DNA from: an uncultured Ruminococcus sp.
GTDB lineage: Bacteria; Bacillota; Clostridia; Oscillospirales; CAG-272
DNA: 64,000 bases
NCBI GenBank assembly: GCA_964384555.1
Contig: CAYLLA010000001.1
Coordinates: forward strand, 6,286-70,285
Reading direction: 5' to 3'
The notes beneath the pieces are model-generated. The model was not told the origin of the DNA and searched no databases. It saw only the letters and a program-made list of their open reading frames with translations. Made by a program: the position numbers and the translations under genes. How positions within the stretch are numbered: position 1 is the first letter of the stretch; the number at the start of each line of letters is the position of its first letter. Below are positions 10,041 through 20,843 of the stretch, piece after piece.

Positions 10041-11117
10041 ATGAAAAGAACACTGTCTTTAATTCTTGCAATGTTAATGATCCTCATCGTCCTTGCCGGC
10101 TGTCAAAACGGCGGTAACGGCGGCGAAAACACGACCGAACCCCCCACTCAGTCAAAAGATCCTGCCGAATCAAGCAAGGCACCCGCGGAAACGACCAAGG
10201 CAAAAGAGCCGGAGACCACCAAAGCTCCCGTGGCTACCGATCCTCCGCAGACCGATCCGCCCGAGACCCCCGTACCGCAGATAGCCGATGGTCTTATGGT
10301 CATCAACTATGACTTCGATACTCTCCCCGATACTACCGGTAACGATGCCGTGGCAGCCCTCCTTGGCTGGCAGATCCGCAACAAAGCGGACGGCGCGATC
10401 ACCGATAATACCACCGTCTACTCTATTGAGGGCGGCAGACTTAAGCTCGTTAACTATAACGATGGCGCCATTGAGGGTGGTGACTCCTACCTCCTCATCG
10501 CAGGTGACGACTACATGAAGCCCGCGGCTGTTGGCAGCTACACCATCCAGTATGATGTCAACTACCAGGCAGTATCCAAGCCCGACCGCTATGTTTGCAT
10601 GATAGCCAACTACGGCGGCAGCGATATCTACAACAGCTTCCACCTCCGTGCCAGAGGTACCGCCAACAACCAGGTCCGCTTCTCCAGCTGGTCCACATAT
10701 GATGCCAAGGGCAGTGATTTCTATGCCGCAGGTACAGACACCGACAGCACAGGCTCCTCTGTCGCCTATAAGCTTTACGGTCTTACATACGACAGCACAG
10801 CATCCCCTCTTCTCGGTAAGGATCTTACCATCAGATGGGTACTGGATGCCGAGGCAGGTCCCTCCGCTTACATTCGCGATAACGCGAACCCCACAGGCGA
10901 GTTTGTTTGCGTCTCCAAGGCCGATGCGGGTGCTACAGGTATGACCTACTGGGGTCTGCTTGACAGCTACGCCATTGCTCTCAAGACCGGCGGTAAGATC
11001 GACAGCTATGTTGACAATATCAAGGTCTGGACAGGTATAGGCGACGAGCCTCTCGATGCCACCACGACCGCATACGAGAACGCAATTGCCGATTATCTTA
11101 AGCAGGTAAAGCAGTAA
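10041..11117 (+). CDS. lipoprotein of unknown function (Pro/Thr-rich linker plus beta-rich C-terminal domain)
   Basis: The start is moved to the ATG at 10041 (MKRTLSLILAMLMILIVLAGCQNGG, canonical lipobox LAGC) with a GGAAAGGAAA RBS. A low-complexity TTEPP/ETTKAP linker follows. I recognise no family for the rest. Confidence 0.7.
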   Translation: MKRTLSLILAMLMILIVLAGCQNGGNGGENTTEPPTQSKDPAESSKAPAETTKAKEPETTKAPVATDPPQTDPPETPVPQIADGLMVINYDFDTLPDTTGNDAVAALLGWQIRNKADGAITDNTTVYSIEGGRLKLVNYNDGAIEGGDSYLLIAGDDYMKPAAVGSYTIQYDVNYQAVSKPDRYVCMIANYGGSDIYNSFHLRARGTANNQVRFSSWSTYDAKGSDFYAAGTDTDSTGSSVAYKLYGLTYDSTASPLLGKDLTIRWVLDAEAGPSAYIRDNANPTGEFVCVSKADAGATGMTYWGLLDSYAIALKTGGKIDSYVDNIKVWTGIGDEPLDATTTAYENAIADYLKQVKQ

Positions 11118-11157
11118 TCTAAACCAAATACCCGCGGCAGTCTGTCGCGGTGAAACG

Positions 11158-11195
11158 CCACCCGCCGAGTTATCTCGGCGGGTGGCAAATTTTTA
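11158..11195 (+). terminator. intrinsic terminator
   Basis: gccacccgccgag (11158-11170) pairs with ctcggcgggtggc (11175-11187), followed by aaattttt. Confidence 0.8.
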
Positions 11196-11330
11196 ATTGA
11201 CAACCCACCGCTTATGTGGTAAAATAGTATTTATAAGCGATATGATGTCCGATGAGCGCAAGCTCGGGGCATCTATGCCGAAACTAAAACAAAAACCAAA
11301 GCAAGACCGAAAGCAAGGAGAAAGAGGGGG

Positions 11331-12068
11331 ATGACCATGCAAGAGGGTGCTGTGTATTTTGATCTTCACACGCATATACTTCCGGGGGCGGATCACGGCT
11401 CGACCGGGGTCGCGGATACCGAGGCGGAGATGAGGGAGCTTTGTGAGCTTGGCGCAGGAATTGCAGTCGCCACGCCTCATTTTTATCCCGCAAAAACGAA
11501 TATATCAAAATTCCGTCGCACACGTGCTGCGGCGGCCGCCGAGTTTGAGCGCATTCGCCGCCCGGAGTGGTGCCCCACTTGTCTCGGCGCGGAGGTGGCG
11601 GTATGCCCGCATCTTGAGCGCATGCCGGAGCTTGATGAGCTCTGCATACTCGGCACATCGGTGATGCTGCTTGAAATGCCCTTTGCAAGGTGGGAGGATG
11701 ATATCCTTGATACCGTTACCGCCATCCGCGCGGCGGGCTTTAACGTTGTGTTTGCACACCTTGACAGGTATGACCCGGAGGCGGCGGAGGCTCTGTTTGC
11801 CTTGGGCATGAAAGGCCAGCTCAACCTTTCGGCATTGGGCACAAGACTGCCTTGGCGGCGCAAACGACTGCTTGAGTGGGTAGACAGCGGCGATATTATT
11901 GCTGTAGGCAGTGATATACATACCGATGCCGTGCGCAATGATCGCTCGCAAATCGTGCGCGGGCTGGCGGCATTGGGGGATGACCGTCTTGACCGCCTAA
12001 AGCACACCACGGCCGAGCTTTTGCGCGGAGCAAAGATATTTGATGTCCGCGCTGGCGGCGCGAGATAA
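11331..12068 (+). CDS. CpsB/YwqE-type PHP-domain tyrosine-protein phosphatase
   Basis: 245 aa. N-terminal metal-binding motif FDLHTHILPGADHG, matching the CpsB/CapC pattern (H-x-H-ILPG-x-D-x-G). Length matches the family. Confidence 0.75.
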   Translation: MTMQEGAVYFDLHTHILPGADHGSTGVADTEAEMRELCELGAGIAVATPHFYPAKTNISKFRRTRAAAAAEFERIRRPEWCPTCLGAEVAVCPHLERMPELDELCILGTSVMLLEMPFARWEDDILDTVTAIRAAGFNVVFAHLDRYDPEAAEALFALGMKGQLNLSALGTRLPWRRKRLLEWVDSGDIIAVGSDIHTDAVRNDRSQIVRGLAALGDDRLDRLKHTTAELLRGAKIFDVRAGGAR

Positions 12069-12096
12069 AAGGTAAAGGAACAGGGGAAATATCGAA

Positions 12097-13464
12097 TTGC
12101 AAAAAAATATAAATACCGTATGCCGCTCGGCTGTCGCGCTGATGCTTTTGTTGATTCTGGTGCTGACCGTCTCGGCATGCGCCGGCACATCTGCGGGCGG
12201 CACGGATACGACACGGGGTGAGGCGACAACCGGCGGCCATGAGCCCGACGTGACCGATCCGCCGCAGAGCGGCGATAGCGAAACACAAAAAAACGAGGAC
12301 AGCACATCGCTGACGATTCCCGCCGCGACAGATACTGATGCACCGCCCGCTGAGGATAAGATAATAAGCTTTTTGGCATGCGGCGATAATATCGTCTACC
12401 GCCCCGCGGCCTACGAGGCGGCGGATCGCGCAGTGGAGGGGGGCAGAAAATATAATTTTAAGCCCATATACAAAAATATTGCGGATATGATATCCGCGGC
12501 AGATGTTGCGTTTGTAAACCAAGAGACGGTCATTGCGGGCGCAGAGTACGGTATATCGGGGTATCCCACATTCAATACGCCGGAGGCTATCGCCAATGAT
12601 CTGGCGGAGCTTGGGTTTGACGTTGTGTCCCTCGCCAATAACCATATACTCGATATGCGGGAGGCGGGACTGCTCAACACCATAAAATACTGGCGCGACC
12701 TGCCTGTACTGACTGTCGGCGCGTATCTTGACGATGCCGATGCCGCCTCTATCCGCGTGCTGGAGCGGAATGGAGTGAGGATCGCCTTTTTGGCCTACAC
12801 CTACGGCGCAAACGGCAGGACGGTGCGCAAGGATTCGCCGCTGATCGTGTCCTTTTATAAAGACCCGGATAAAAATTCTCCGACATACGGCGAGATATAT
12901 GAGGAAAGACTTGCGGACGATGTGGCGGCGGCACGCAGTGTGGCCGATGTTGTTGTGGTATCCGTCCACTGGGGAAATGAGGATACGCAAAAGGTCAGCA
13001 GTGAGCAAAAAAAGGTTGCCGCAATACTTTGCGATGCGGGAGCTGATGTGATACTCGGTCACCACCCGCATGTGTTGCAGTCGATAGAGTATATAACAAG
13101 CTCGGATGGCACGCACAGCACCCTTTGCGCATATTCGCTGGGTAACTTTCTTGGCATGCAGGGGTATGATTACAATGCGCTGGCGGGAATGCTCAGCTTT
13201 AATATCAGGGTCGGCGCGGACGGCGTGAGCACCGAGTGCGTGCGGCTGACTCCTATTGTCTCTTATTTTGAAAAGGATTTTCGTTCAAATGAGATATACC
13301 TGCTCTCCGACTTTACCGATGAGCTGTGCCAAAAGCACTGCGTGGTACAGCGTGGCGGTGACGGCACGTTTGGCGGCAGGATGACAATGTCCTCCCTCAG
13401 ATATTATTTAAACAACGCGATATCGGATGATTTTTTGGCGGATGAATTTAAGTCTGCATCATAG
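12097..13464 (+). CDS. CapA-family (PGA_cap) metallophosphatase-like lipoprotein
   Basis: TTG start at 12097. Signal peptide with SAC lipobox. Motifs FLACGDN, VNQETV, ANNHILD, SVHWGNE and ILGHHPHVLQ are typical of CapA/PgsA. Confidence 0.8.
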   Translation: MQKNINTVCRSAVALMLLLILVLTVSACAGTSAGGTDTTRGEATTGGHEPDVTDPPQSGDSETQKNEDSTSLTIPAATDTDAPPAEDKIISFLACGDNIVYRPAAYEAADRAVEGGRKYNFKPIYKNIADMISAADVAFVNQETVIAGAEYGISGYPTFNTPEAIANDLAELGFDVVSLANNHILDMREAGLLNTIKYWRDLPVLTVGAYLDDADAASIRVLERNGVRIAFLAYTYGANGRTVRKDSPLIVSFYKDPDKNSPTYGEIYEERLADDVAAARSVADVVVVSVHWGNEDTQKVSSEQKKVAAILCDAGADVILGHHPHVLQSIEYITSSDGTHSTLCAYSLGNFLGMQGYDYNALAGMLSFNIRVGADGVSTECVRLTPIVSYFEKDFRSNEIYLLSDFTDELCQKHCVVQRGGDGTFGGRMTMSSLRYYLNNAISDDFLADEFKSAS

Positions 13465-13514
13465 TGCTGTTTAGCTTAAGATCAATATAACAATGCAGTA
13501 ATAATAAAAAATCG

Positions 13515-13557
13515 GGCTGTCTTTGATGCAAAATGAGCATCAAGGACAGCCTTTTTT
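13515..13557. terminator. bidirectional terminator between capA-like (+) and addA (-)
   Basis: A 15-bp stem (ggctgtctttgatgc 13515-13529 with gcatcaaggacagcc 13537-13551, one G-U pair), with an A-run before it and T6 after it. Confidence 0.8.
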
Positions 13558-13601
13558 GTGTTATTGGATCTTATTTCGTGGATATTAATTTGCCGTGTGT
13601 C

Positions 13602-16600
13602 CTATCGGAGCGGAACCTCTATCGTGTCACCGAGGGCGAGCGAATATATCAGCACTCGGTCAGGTCGGTGTCCCGCTATCGCCTCAAGCGCGGCGGCATA
13701 ATAGGTCAGCTGTTCAGCATGTGCGGCGCAAAGACGGCGTGCGGCAAGTGCCGGATCCGCAATCTCGCGGCGGCTCAACCTGTCGGTCTTGTAATCGCAA
13801 AGCACAAGACGACCGCAGGAGTCGGTAAAAAATAGGTCTATAACGCCCTGCACCAGTATCCGCTCACTCACAAGCTCGCGCGCTATCGTCTCGTCCGTTG
13901 TAAATCTTTCGGCGGGGAGGTAGATATTAAAGCGTTGCTCGCGGTAAAGCTTGGGCGCTTTTTTTATTTCCTCAAAAAGACGGCTGTTTGAAAACGCCCG
14001 CAACTCGTCTCGCCTCAAAAGCTCGGTGTCGCGAGGGGCTATAAAACCAAGTGTCTGCATTCTTTCGGCCTCGCGGTCGATGGCGGCCGCAGTGCCGTCA
14101 AGTGCCGCAAAGTCGCAAAACTGCAAAAACAGGTGCGTAGCAGTGCCTTTTTGCGCCGCAGTGCGTGCGCTGTCGGCCTCGGTTTTGTCATCTTCATTCA
14201 TCATAAAGGACGGCACACGTGTCCGCTTTGGTTCTGTCGCCTCCGTCATGCCGTTGCCATGAGTATCGGTATCGTCTTTGGCAGCGATGGGAGGTGATTG
14301 CAGCCCAAAGGACGGTGCGGTATCCGCGAGGGTGGGGAGCGCCTGCATATCATCGTCAAGTGCCGATGGCGAGAGCCGCGAGACCGAAAGCTTTGCGGGC
14401 AGTGCGGATATGTGCGCGTGCGGATAGCGGTATTCTATCCGCGCGCGTAACCGTTTTGCAAGCTCGTGTGTGTCTATGGCGGCATCGTTGCTGTCCTGTA
14501 CGCGGTCGGCAAGCGTCACGCTTTTGATATCCGCGCCCTTTACCACGCTGATGCGGCAAAAATCATCTGTCTTTTTGCCGTGCAGTGCGGTGAGTATCTG
14601 TACTATACTGCTCGGCGCGGTCAGTATCGAGGCTCGTCCGCCGCGCTCCGCCCGCCGCTCGGCATCAGAAAGCAATTTGTCGCTTCCGCCCCTGCCGCAC
14701 TTGGCGGTTATTATCAGCCGTTCCTTGGCGCGTGTCAGCGCAACATAAAGCACGCGCAGTTCTTCCTCGGCGGAAAGTGCCACCTCGTGTTCCGCAACGG
14801 CATGCCGCATGGGCGTGTCAAGCTTGGTCAGTCCATCAGCTCCCGCCAGCCGCATGCCCATACCCGCATCCGGTGAATAGCAAAGATCCTGCGCGGCATC
14901 ACGGCGGTTGAATCTGCTGCCAAGCCCTACAATAAACACGGTGGGGAACTCAAGCCCCTTTGATTTATGTATCGTCATGACGGATACCGCACCGCGGGCT
15001 GAGGATGCATCCGATTCTATCTTCACTCCGTCACTTATCATGCCGTTGATATAGGTAACGAACTCCGAAAGACCGCGGAAGGTACTGCCCTCAAAACGCC
15101 TTGCGTATTCGTAAAGTCGGCGCAGGTTTGCCCTGCGTGCCGTGGGCGGCAGGCCGGAGCGACTGCCGTCAGAACCCGAGTACATAAGCGCCGTAGTGTC
15201 TGCATATATGCGGCGTATCAGCTTGTCCGCAGGCATGGCCTCGGCGTAGGCGCGCCAGTCCGCAAGGCGTACAAGGGTCGAGCGACATTTTGCCGCAAGG
15301 TCACCGTCCCGCCCCTCCTCGGCATAGCTCGTAAGGGCATCAAAAAGCGATATGTGCTCCCCGGATGTTTTTATCTTGACCATATCCGAAAGGTTAAGAC
15401 CGAATATGGGTGAGCGCAAAGCACCTGCCAGCGGTATGTCCCTTTGCGGGTTATCCACCGCCGATAGCATGCTTACGAACATAAGCACCTCCGGGTCGGC
15501 AAAAAGGTCCTCACCAACGCTGTTTGCGGCGGGAATGCCAAGTGCGGTGAGCGCACGCACCACACCCGCGGCAAAGCTTTTGGAGCGGGAGAGTACCGCA
15601 ATGCTCCCCGGGTCCTCGCCCGCGGCTATCATCTCGGCAATGCGGGAGGTGACATAGCGCACCTCGGCATCGTCATCGCTCGCCGCGCCGTCGCAGTCAT
15701 CGCCATTGCCATTGCCATTGCCATTACCTGTTGTGTCGCCGTTATCGGTCGCGGTCAGCGTTTCGGCCTTGGCATCGGAGTCGGCATTTTCTATCAGCAC
15801 CACCTCGGCGGGCACGCCGCCATCGTCCCCACGTGCAAATACGAGATCATCCTCTGCGCGGTAGCCTATGCCGTGCGGGCGGGGGGAGTCCTCCGAGACG
15901 GAGAAAAGATAGGATGATACCGTGTTGGCAAAGTCAACGATCGACCGCGAACAGCGAAAGTTTTCGGACATATATATCGCTCCGGGTGCCGTGTTTGCCT
16001 CATTCTGCTCCGCGGTGGGATCGATCGTCTCAAAACGGCGGCGATAGTCGGCGAATATCGATGGCTCGGCACCTCTGAAAGCGTAAATGCTCTGCTTTAT
16101 ATCGCCAACCATAAACAGATCCCGCCCGTTTGATATGGCGCGGAATATCTCATCCTGCACCGAGTCGGTATCCTGGTATTCGTCAACAAATATTTCGGTA
16201 AAGCGGTCGCGCCACTCAAGCGCCAACTCGGTGGGCTGACCGTCGGGTGATATCAAAAGCGTGTGCGCATATCTGCGGATATCTGCAAAATCGCAAACAC
16301 CACGCGCCTTTTTTTCACTGTCAAGCTGTTCGCCGTAGCTCAGGAGTATCCGCGAGAGTGCGCGAAGCAGCCTTGCAGTATCGCGCTGTGCGGCGCGTAT
16401 CTCGTCCGGTGACATTGCAAAATATCGCCGCCCCATGTCGCGTATCTGCCGCTTCATTTCAGTACGGAATTTTGCTATCTCATCGGCTCGCGGTGTTTTT
16501 GTGCCGCGCTTAAAGGCCGGCAGGCGGGCGAGATCGAATTCCTCAAACCCGCGGCGCAGGGCGGCCTCGTCCGCGGCGTTGACCGCACCGAGCAGGCCGC

Positions 16601-17375
16601 TGATAGTCTCGATATCAGACTCTATCACCGCATCGTATTTTGCAGGGTAGCTCTCGTCCCCCGCCACCTCGTTGTGGATATCCTCCAGTGTGCGGCGCAC
16701 ATCCTCAAGCTTGTCATATATCAGATTCACGGCGCACCTGCCGGCGCGGCTCTCTGTAAACTCTCCCTCTGCCTCACGCTCAAGCCTGTCTGCCTCGTCT
16801 GCGGGGGTGTTCCACCCGCGCGGCATGCTGTCAAGCCGCGCGGCAAGGGGGATGAGCACCTCGGCGAGCCGTTGGTCGCCGCGTGCGGTGGTGAGCGAGC
16901 AGGCAAGCTGTGATATGTCAGGGTCGCCGGCTATCATGCCGTCTATCGTTCGTTGCATGCATTCGCGTTGCATTGCCAAAAGCTCGCCTGCATCTGCCAA
17001 GCGCAGGGATGCCGAAATGCCGAGACGGTTAAAATTCTCACGCACTACATCAAGATAAAATGCATCTATCGTGCAGATCCGTGCGCCCGCCACTGCTACC
17101 AACTGATTGGATAGGTGGGTGTTATCCGGGTCATCGCTCAGTGCCGCGGAGAGCGCCGCGCTTATCCTTGTGCGAAGCTCGCCCGCCGCCGCGCGGGTAA
17201 AGGTCACTATAAGCATCCGCGATATATCTGCGGGGTGATCTTTGTTTGTAAGCTCGCTGATTATCCTTTCGGTAAGGGTGGCGGTCTTGCCCGACCCCGC
17301 CGCGGCGGATATCAGCAGTGTGCGGCCGTGTGTATCTATTGCCGCACGTTGTGAAGTTGTAAATCTTACAGCCAT
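13602..17375 (-). CDS. addA: ATP-dependent helicase/nuclease subunit A
   Basis: 1257 aa. UvrD-type helicase motifs (AAAGSGKT, FVDEYQDT), a C-terminal RecB-family nuclease (GVIDL...DYKTD), and a position directly downstream of addB. Confidence 0.93.
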   Translation of the reverse strand: MAVRFTTSQRAAIDTHGRTLLISAAAGSGKTATLTERIISELTNKDHPADISRMLIVTFTRAAAGELRTRISAALSAALSDDPDNTHLSNQLVAVAGARICTIDAFYLDVVRENFNRLGISASLRLADAGELLAMQRECMQRTIDGMIAGDPDISQLACSLTTARGDQRLAEVLIPLAARLDSMPRGWNTPADEADRLEREAEGEFTESRAGRCAVNLIYDKLEDVRRTLEDIHNEVAGDESYPAKYDAVIESDIETISGLLGAVNAADEAALRRGFEEFDLARLPAFKRGTKTPRADEIAKFRTEMKRQIRDMGRRYFAMSPDEIRAAQRDTARLLRALSRILLSYGEQLDSEKKARGVCDFADIRRYAHTLLISPDGQPTELALEWRDRFTEIFVDEYQDTDSVQDEIFRAISNGRDLFMVGDIKQSIYAFRGAEPSIFADYRRRFETIDPTAEQNEANTAPGAIYMSENFRCSRSIVDFANTVSSYLFSVSEDSPRPHGIGYRAEDDLVFARGDDGGVPAEVVLIENADSDAKAETLTATDNGDTTGNGNGNGNGDDCDGAASDDDAEVRYVTSRIAEMIAAGEDPGSIAVLSRSKSFAAGVVRALTALGIPAANSVGEDLFADPEVLMFVSMLSAVDNPQRDIPLAGALRSPIFGLNLSDMVKIKTSGEHISLFDALTSYAEEGRDGDLAAKCRSTLVRLADWRAYAEAMPADKLIRRIYADTTALMYSGSDGSRSGLPPTARRANLRRLYEYARRFEGSTFRGLSEFVTYINGMISDGVKIESDASSARGAVSVMTIHKSKGLEFPTVFIVGLGSRFNRRDAAQDLCYSPDAGMGMRLAGADGLTKLDTPMRHAVAEHEVALSAEEELRVLYVALTRAKERLIITAKCGRGGSDKLLSDAERRAERGGRASILTAPSSIVQILTALHGKKTDDFCRISVVKGADIKSVTLADRVQDSNDAAIDTHELAKRLRARIEYRYPHAHISALPAKLSVSRLSPSALDDDMQALPTLADTAPSFGLQSPPIAAKDDTDTHGNGMTEATEPKRTRVPSFMMNEDDKTEADSARTAAQKGTATHLFLQFCDFAALDGTAAAIDREAERMQTLGFIAPRDTELLRRDELRAFSNSRLFEEIKKAPKLYREQRFNIYLPAERFTTDETIARELVSERILVQGVIDLFFTDSCGRLVLCDYKTDRLSRREIADPALAARRLCAAHAEQLTYYAAALEAIAGHRPDRVLIYSLALGDTIEVPLR
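15702..15725. repeat. (GCCATT)x4 hexanucleotide microsatellite inside addA
   Basis: Four perfect tandem GCCATT units, encoding GNGNGNGNG in a low-complexity insert of AddA (TGNGNGNGNGDDCDG). Confidence 0.9.
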
Positions 17376-17393
17376 TTGTTCCTCGTTTCTGCC

Positions 17394-20300
17394 TTACGTC
17401 CTGTGCTTTGAACGGCAAACGGCAAAAAACTTGCAATAGTTGCAGGGGTGGCGGTCGCTGTCGCTGTCGATAGCTACAGGCAGGGCATATGCCATGCCGG
17501 AGCGCATCCTGCACGCAATGTCTGATATCGTCCCCTCAAGCTCCGCAAACACGGCGGTGAGCGCATCGCGGTCTATCAGCGCATCGGATGGCGTGCCGTC
17601 CGATTTGAATTTCGCTCCCTGCATATAGTGCGTATCGCGCGTGCGGCTGATGGCATCAAGCACCTCATCCTCATTGACCACAAGGCCGGAGCGGGTTATC
17701 TTGTCGCGTGACATACGCTCTGCCTCCTCCGCGCTCATGGGGCGGTCCAGTGCCTGTGGGGTGATATTTGATGAAAGATAGGTCACCGCGGCCGGCTGAC
17801 CGCAAAGCATGGCCGCCGTATTTCCGCCAACATTGCGATATCCGTCGGCGCGGGCGGAGCTTTTATCTGTCAGCGCGTAAAGATATATAAGCAGCTGCAG
17901 GTCCAGCCCGCGTCGCGCATCCGCAAGTGAGAATTTGCGCTCCCCGGTCTTGTAATCCACCACTCTTATAAGTCTGCGCCCGTCCGGCGCGGTGGCCGAA
18001 TCCACCCTGTCCGCCTTGCCGTTTAAAACAACGCGTGCGCCGTCCGGCAGTTTAAATTCGGGGGAGGGCACAGCCCGCGGATCTTTGCCGCCTATCTTGA
18101 CCTCAAATGCCTCGGGGCGGAAACTGCCGCCCGCAAATTCGCCAAAGATATCGGCTATCAACACCTCGGCTATCCTGCCAAGGCGGGATACCGTGTGCTT
18201 TATGTGCGGCGTGAGTGCGCTCTCGCCGAAAAGTGAAAGGTAGCTTTTTATTATGTCGTCAAGCAGCTCGCGCGAGCTTTTGGGATCCGGCGGCGCATCA
18301 AAACCGCCGTTTTTGGAAGCGTTAAGCAGATATTTTTCAAGCACGTGGTGAATGAACGTTCCCATCCCCGCGGCATTGAATTCAACTCGCACGCCGTCGT
18401 CAAGTCTTAATATATTTTTAAGGTAATAGCTGTAGGGACAGCTCACGAACGCCTCGATCTTTGATTGCGAAAGCTCCATGCGCTCGCCAAAGACCTCTCG
18501 CGCCTGCGCGGCGGGTATGCTCTCGTGGACTGCACCAAGCGGGGTGAGTATCTTTTTCTGCTCTGCCTCAAAGTCGCCGTCTCCAGCAAAGCAAAGGCGT
18601 ATCGCACCGGCAAGTGGTGTACCAAGGCAAAACGGCAGGTATTCAAGTGCCGTCCTGCGGCTCCAAATGCGGTCGGCGGTAGAGAGGTCTGACTCTCTTT
18701 TTGGCTTTATGTAGTCAAAAAGCGCGGCGGTGCGCAGAAATGCGGATGATGGGCGGCAGGATGAACCCACGGCATCCGTCTCATGCGTAAACAGGCAAAG
18801 CCTTTCTGTTGGCGTGGATACGGCACGCAAAAGATAAAACATCTCGTCGGACACCTGTGTGTCACGCCCGGAGGAGATCGGCATATCAAGGTCGGAGAGC
18901 ACCTCGCGGTCACGCTCGGAGAGTAAACTTCCGGATCGCGGTGTGGCGGGGAATTCCCCCTCAACAAGCCCCAAAAGCAGGGCGCAGCGGCGTTCTCCCG
19001 CGCGAAGCATGTTGGCAGAGCCTATCATTATCTCGTCACAGCCGGAGGGTATGCTGCCTATCTCCGCCGCATCAAAGGCCAACCGCAGTGCGGAGGCAAG
19101 CGTTTGTATATCGGGCTTTTGCTTTGTGCGGACGGTATGCGCCGTCGCGCTGTCATGCTCCTTGCCGCTATCCTCGGCGGTATCCGGAACGGTTGCGGCG
19201 GTCGTGCTTTCCTCATTGACACCACTGCCGTCAAAAACATCGCAGATGCACTCAAGCGCATCGATGGCGGAATCTATCAGCCGCTCTGTAACATCGGCCT
19301 CGCGCCGCCGCCTCTCTCGCCGCTCTCGCTCGGCTATCGCGGCCAGTGTTTCGGGAACTTTCGCATCCTCTATGTACTGCCATATCGCGCGGCAGACCTC
19401 GCTTGTGCTCTCCGCGGCCTCAATTGCGGCAAAAAGGGGAACAAGCCTCTCGCGCAGCCATTCGCGAACAGCGTTTGCACGCGCCAGTATCTCCTCGCCG
19501 CGTGCGGTGCGGCGGTCGGCAAAGCCGTCGGGATTCATGTTCCACGGCTCGTCCGACCAAAATGCGCGCCCGTGGATATTCCATTTTTCGGCGTAGCTTT
19601 CAAAAAGGTCGGCATCCCTTGGTGATATCCCCAAAAGACCCGTCTTTATATGCGCCACAACATCCTCGCGCCGCCAACCGAGCGCATGTATACGCAGTGC
19701 CGAAAGTATCAGCCGCGCCAGCGGTCGAGTTGAAAAGCCTGTTTTTTCGGAGATAAAATAGGGCAGACCAAGCTTCTCAAGGGATGTGTCTATCACACCG
19801 CGATATTTTTCGGCATCGCGTGCGATGATAACGATATCGCGACAGCGCGCCCCCTCCATCAAAAGCTCCTTTATCCGTGCCGCCGCCATGTCACACTCGG
19901 AGTAGGGATCGGCGGCAGAGTAAAGCTCAACATGCCCGCGTTCCTCTTCCGGTATCTCGGCGATCACCCGCTCCCCCGCAAATTGGCGGGATATGGCCAA
20001 AAGCTCGCTGTTTTTGGCGCGGCGGTTGTCCCCAAGGCTGATGAGCGCGGGGTCGATCCCCATGGCAGAGGCATCACGGCGAAGCCGCTTTGAGCTTTCG
20101 GCAGAGGAGAGCGCATATATCGAGCGGTCTCGCGGTGAGGCGATGGGAATGGTTATGACCACCTCATCCGCCTGCCTCATTATAAGCTTTATTATGTTGT
20201 GCTCCTGTCCGGTAAAGCTGGAAAATGAATCGATATATACCGACATGCCGCCAAAGTACGGCTCGCGGGAGACCGACTCGGCAAGGCGTGAAAGATCGTC

Positions 20301-20843
20301 ATCCGAGTCGGAGTACTCCCGCCCCAGCAGTGCGGCGTATGCCGAATATATGACCGAGATATCATAAAGTCGCCCGGCCGCCGCGGCATCTCCCGCTCTG
20401 CCGGATACCGCAAGTCGTTGCGATGCCGTGCGGAGCATATCTGCGGTGATCCCGCCCGCGTGCAGTTCCTTTATCGTTCCGAGCATAGCCGCGGGCAGTG
20501 CGGGGTCTCGGGCGGCACGGCCGCCGTATTCCTTTAAAAAAGGAGAACACTCACGCAGTGCACGCCACATAAACAAAAGCTTGCGGCTCTGGTCGGCGTA
20601 ATTATAGATAAGTCCGCCGCGCTCGCGAAAAACGCGGTTTGCAAGGCGAGAGAAGTTCAGCGCCTCCACCGTCAGCTGTGCGGACGGCGGTAGTGAGGCG
20701 GCTATACGGCTCTCGGTATCCACCGTTTCCTGCTCGGGAACGATAAGCAGTGCGCGCCGCCCGGCTCTCACATCCGCCCCTATGCGTGACATTATATATT
20801 CGGTCTTGCCCGAACCCGGCCTGCCGTATACGAATTCGACCAT
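17394..20843 (-). CDS. addB: ATP-dependent helicase/nuclease subunit B
   Basis: 1149 aa. N-terminal Walker A GRPGSGKT, a C-terminal nuclease (VDYKTG), and Cys residues of the AddB Fe-S cluster type (CPYSYY... HPCNYCKFFAVC). Confidence 0.9.
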   Translation of the reverse strand: MVEFVYGRPGSGKTEYIMSRIGADVRAGRRALLIVPEQETVDTESRIAASLPPSAQLTVEALNFSRLANRVFRERGGLIYNYADQSRKLLFMWRALRECSPFLKEYGGRAARDPALPAAMLGTIKELHAGGITADMLRTASQRLAVSGRAGDAAAAGRLYDISVIYSAYAALLGREYSDSDDDLSRLAESVSREPYFGGMSVYIDSFSSFTGQEHNIIKLIMRQADEVVITIPIASPRDRSIYALSSAESSKRLRRDASAMGIDPALISLGDNRRAKNSELLAISRQFAGERVIAEIPEEERGHVELYSAADPYSECDMAAARIKELLMEGARCRDIVIIARDAEKYRGVIDTSLEKLGLPYFISEKTGFSTRPLARLILSALRIHALGWRREDVVAHIKTGLLGISPRDADLFESYAEKWNIHGRAFWSDEPWNMNPDGFADRRTARGEEILARANAVREWLRERLVPLFAAIEAAESTSEVCRAIWQYIEDAKVPETLAAIAERERRERRRREADVTERLIDSAIDALECICDVFDGSGVNEESTTAATVPDTAEDSGKEHDSATAHTVRTKQKPDIQTLASALRLAFDAAEIGSIPSGCDEIMIGSANMLRAGERRCALLLGLVEGEFPATPRSGSLLSERDREVLSDLDMPISSGRDTQVSDEMFYLLRAVSTPTERLCLFTHETDAVGSSCRPSSAFLRTAALFDYIKPKRESDLSTADRIWSRRTALEYLPFCLGTPLAGAIRLCFAGDGDFEAEQKKILTPLGAVHESIPAAQAREVFGERMELSQSKIEAFVSCPYSYYLKNILRLDDGVRVEFNAAGMGTFIHHVLEKYLLNASKNGGFDAPPDPKSSRELLDDIIKSYLSLFGESALTPHIKHTVSRLGRIAEVLIADIFGEFAGGSFRPEAFEVKIGGKDPRAVPSPEFKLPDGARVVLNGKADRVDSATAPDGRRLIRVVDYKTGERKFSLADARRGLDLQLLIYLYALTDKSSARADGYRNVGGNTAAMLCGQPAAVTYLSSNITPQALDRPMSAEEAERMSRDKITRSGLVVNEDEVLDAISRTRDTHYMQGAKFKSDGTPSDALIDRDALTAVFAELEGTISDIACRMRSGMAYALPVAIDSDSDRHPCNYCKFFAVCRSKHRT

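Noticed and set aside
13602-20843. addAB as a possible defence system.
   Set aside because: Both proteins have the standard AddA/AddB helicase-nuclease architecture used for housekeeping double-strand-break repair. Nothing in the sequence suggests a dedicated anti-phage module.
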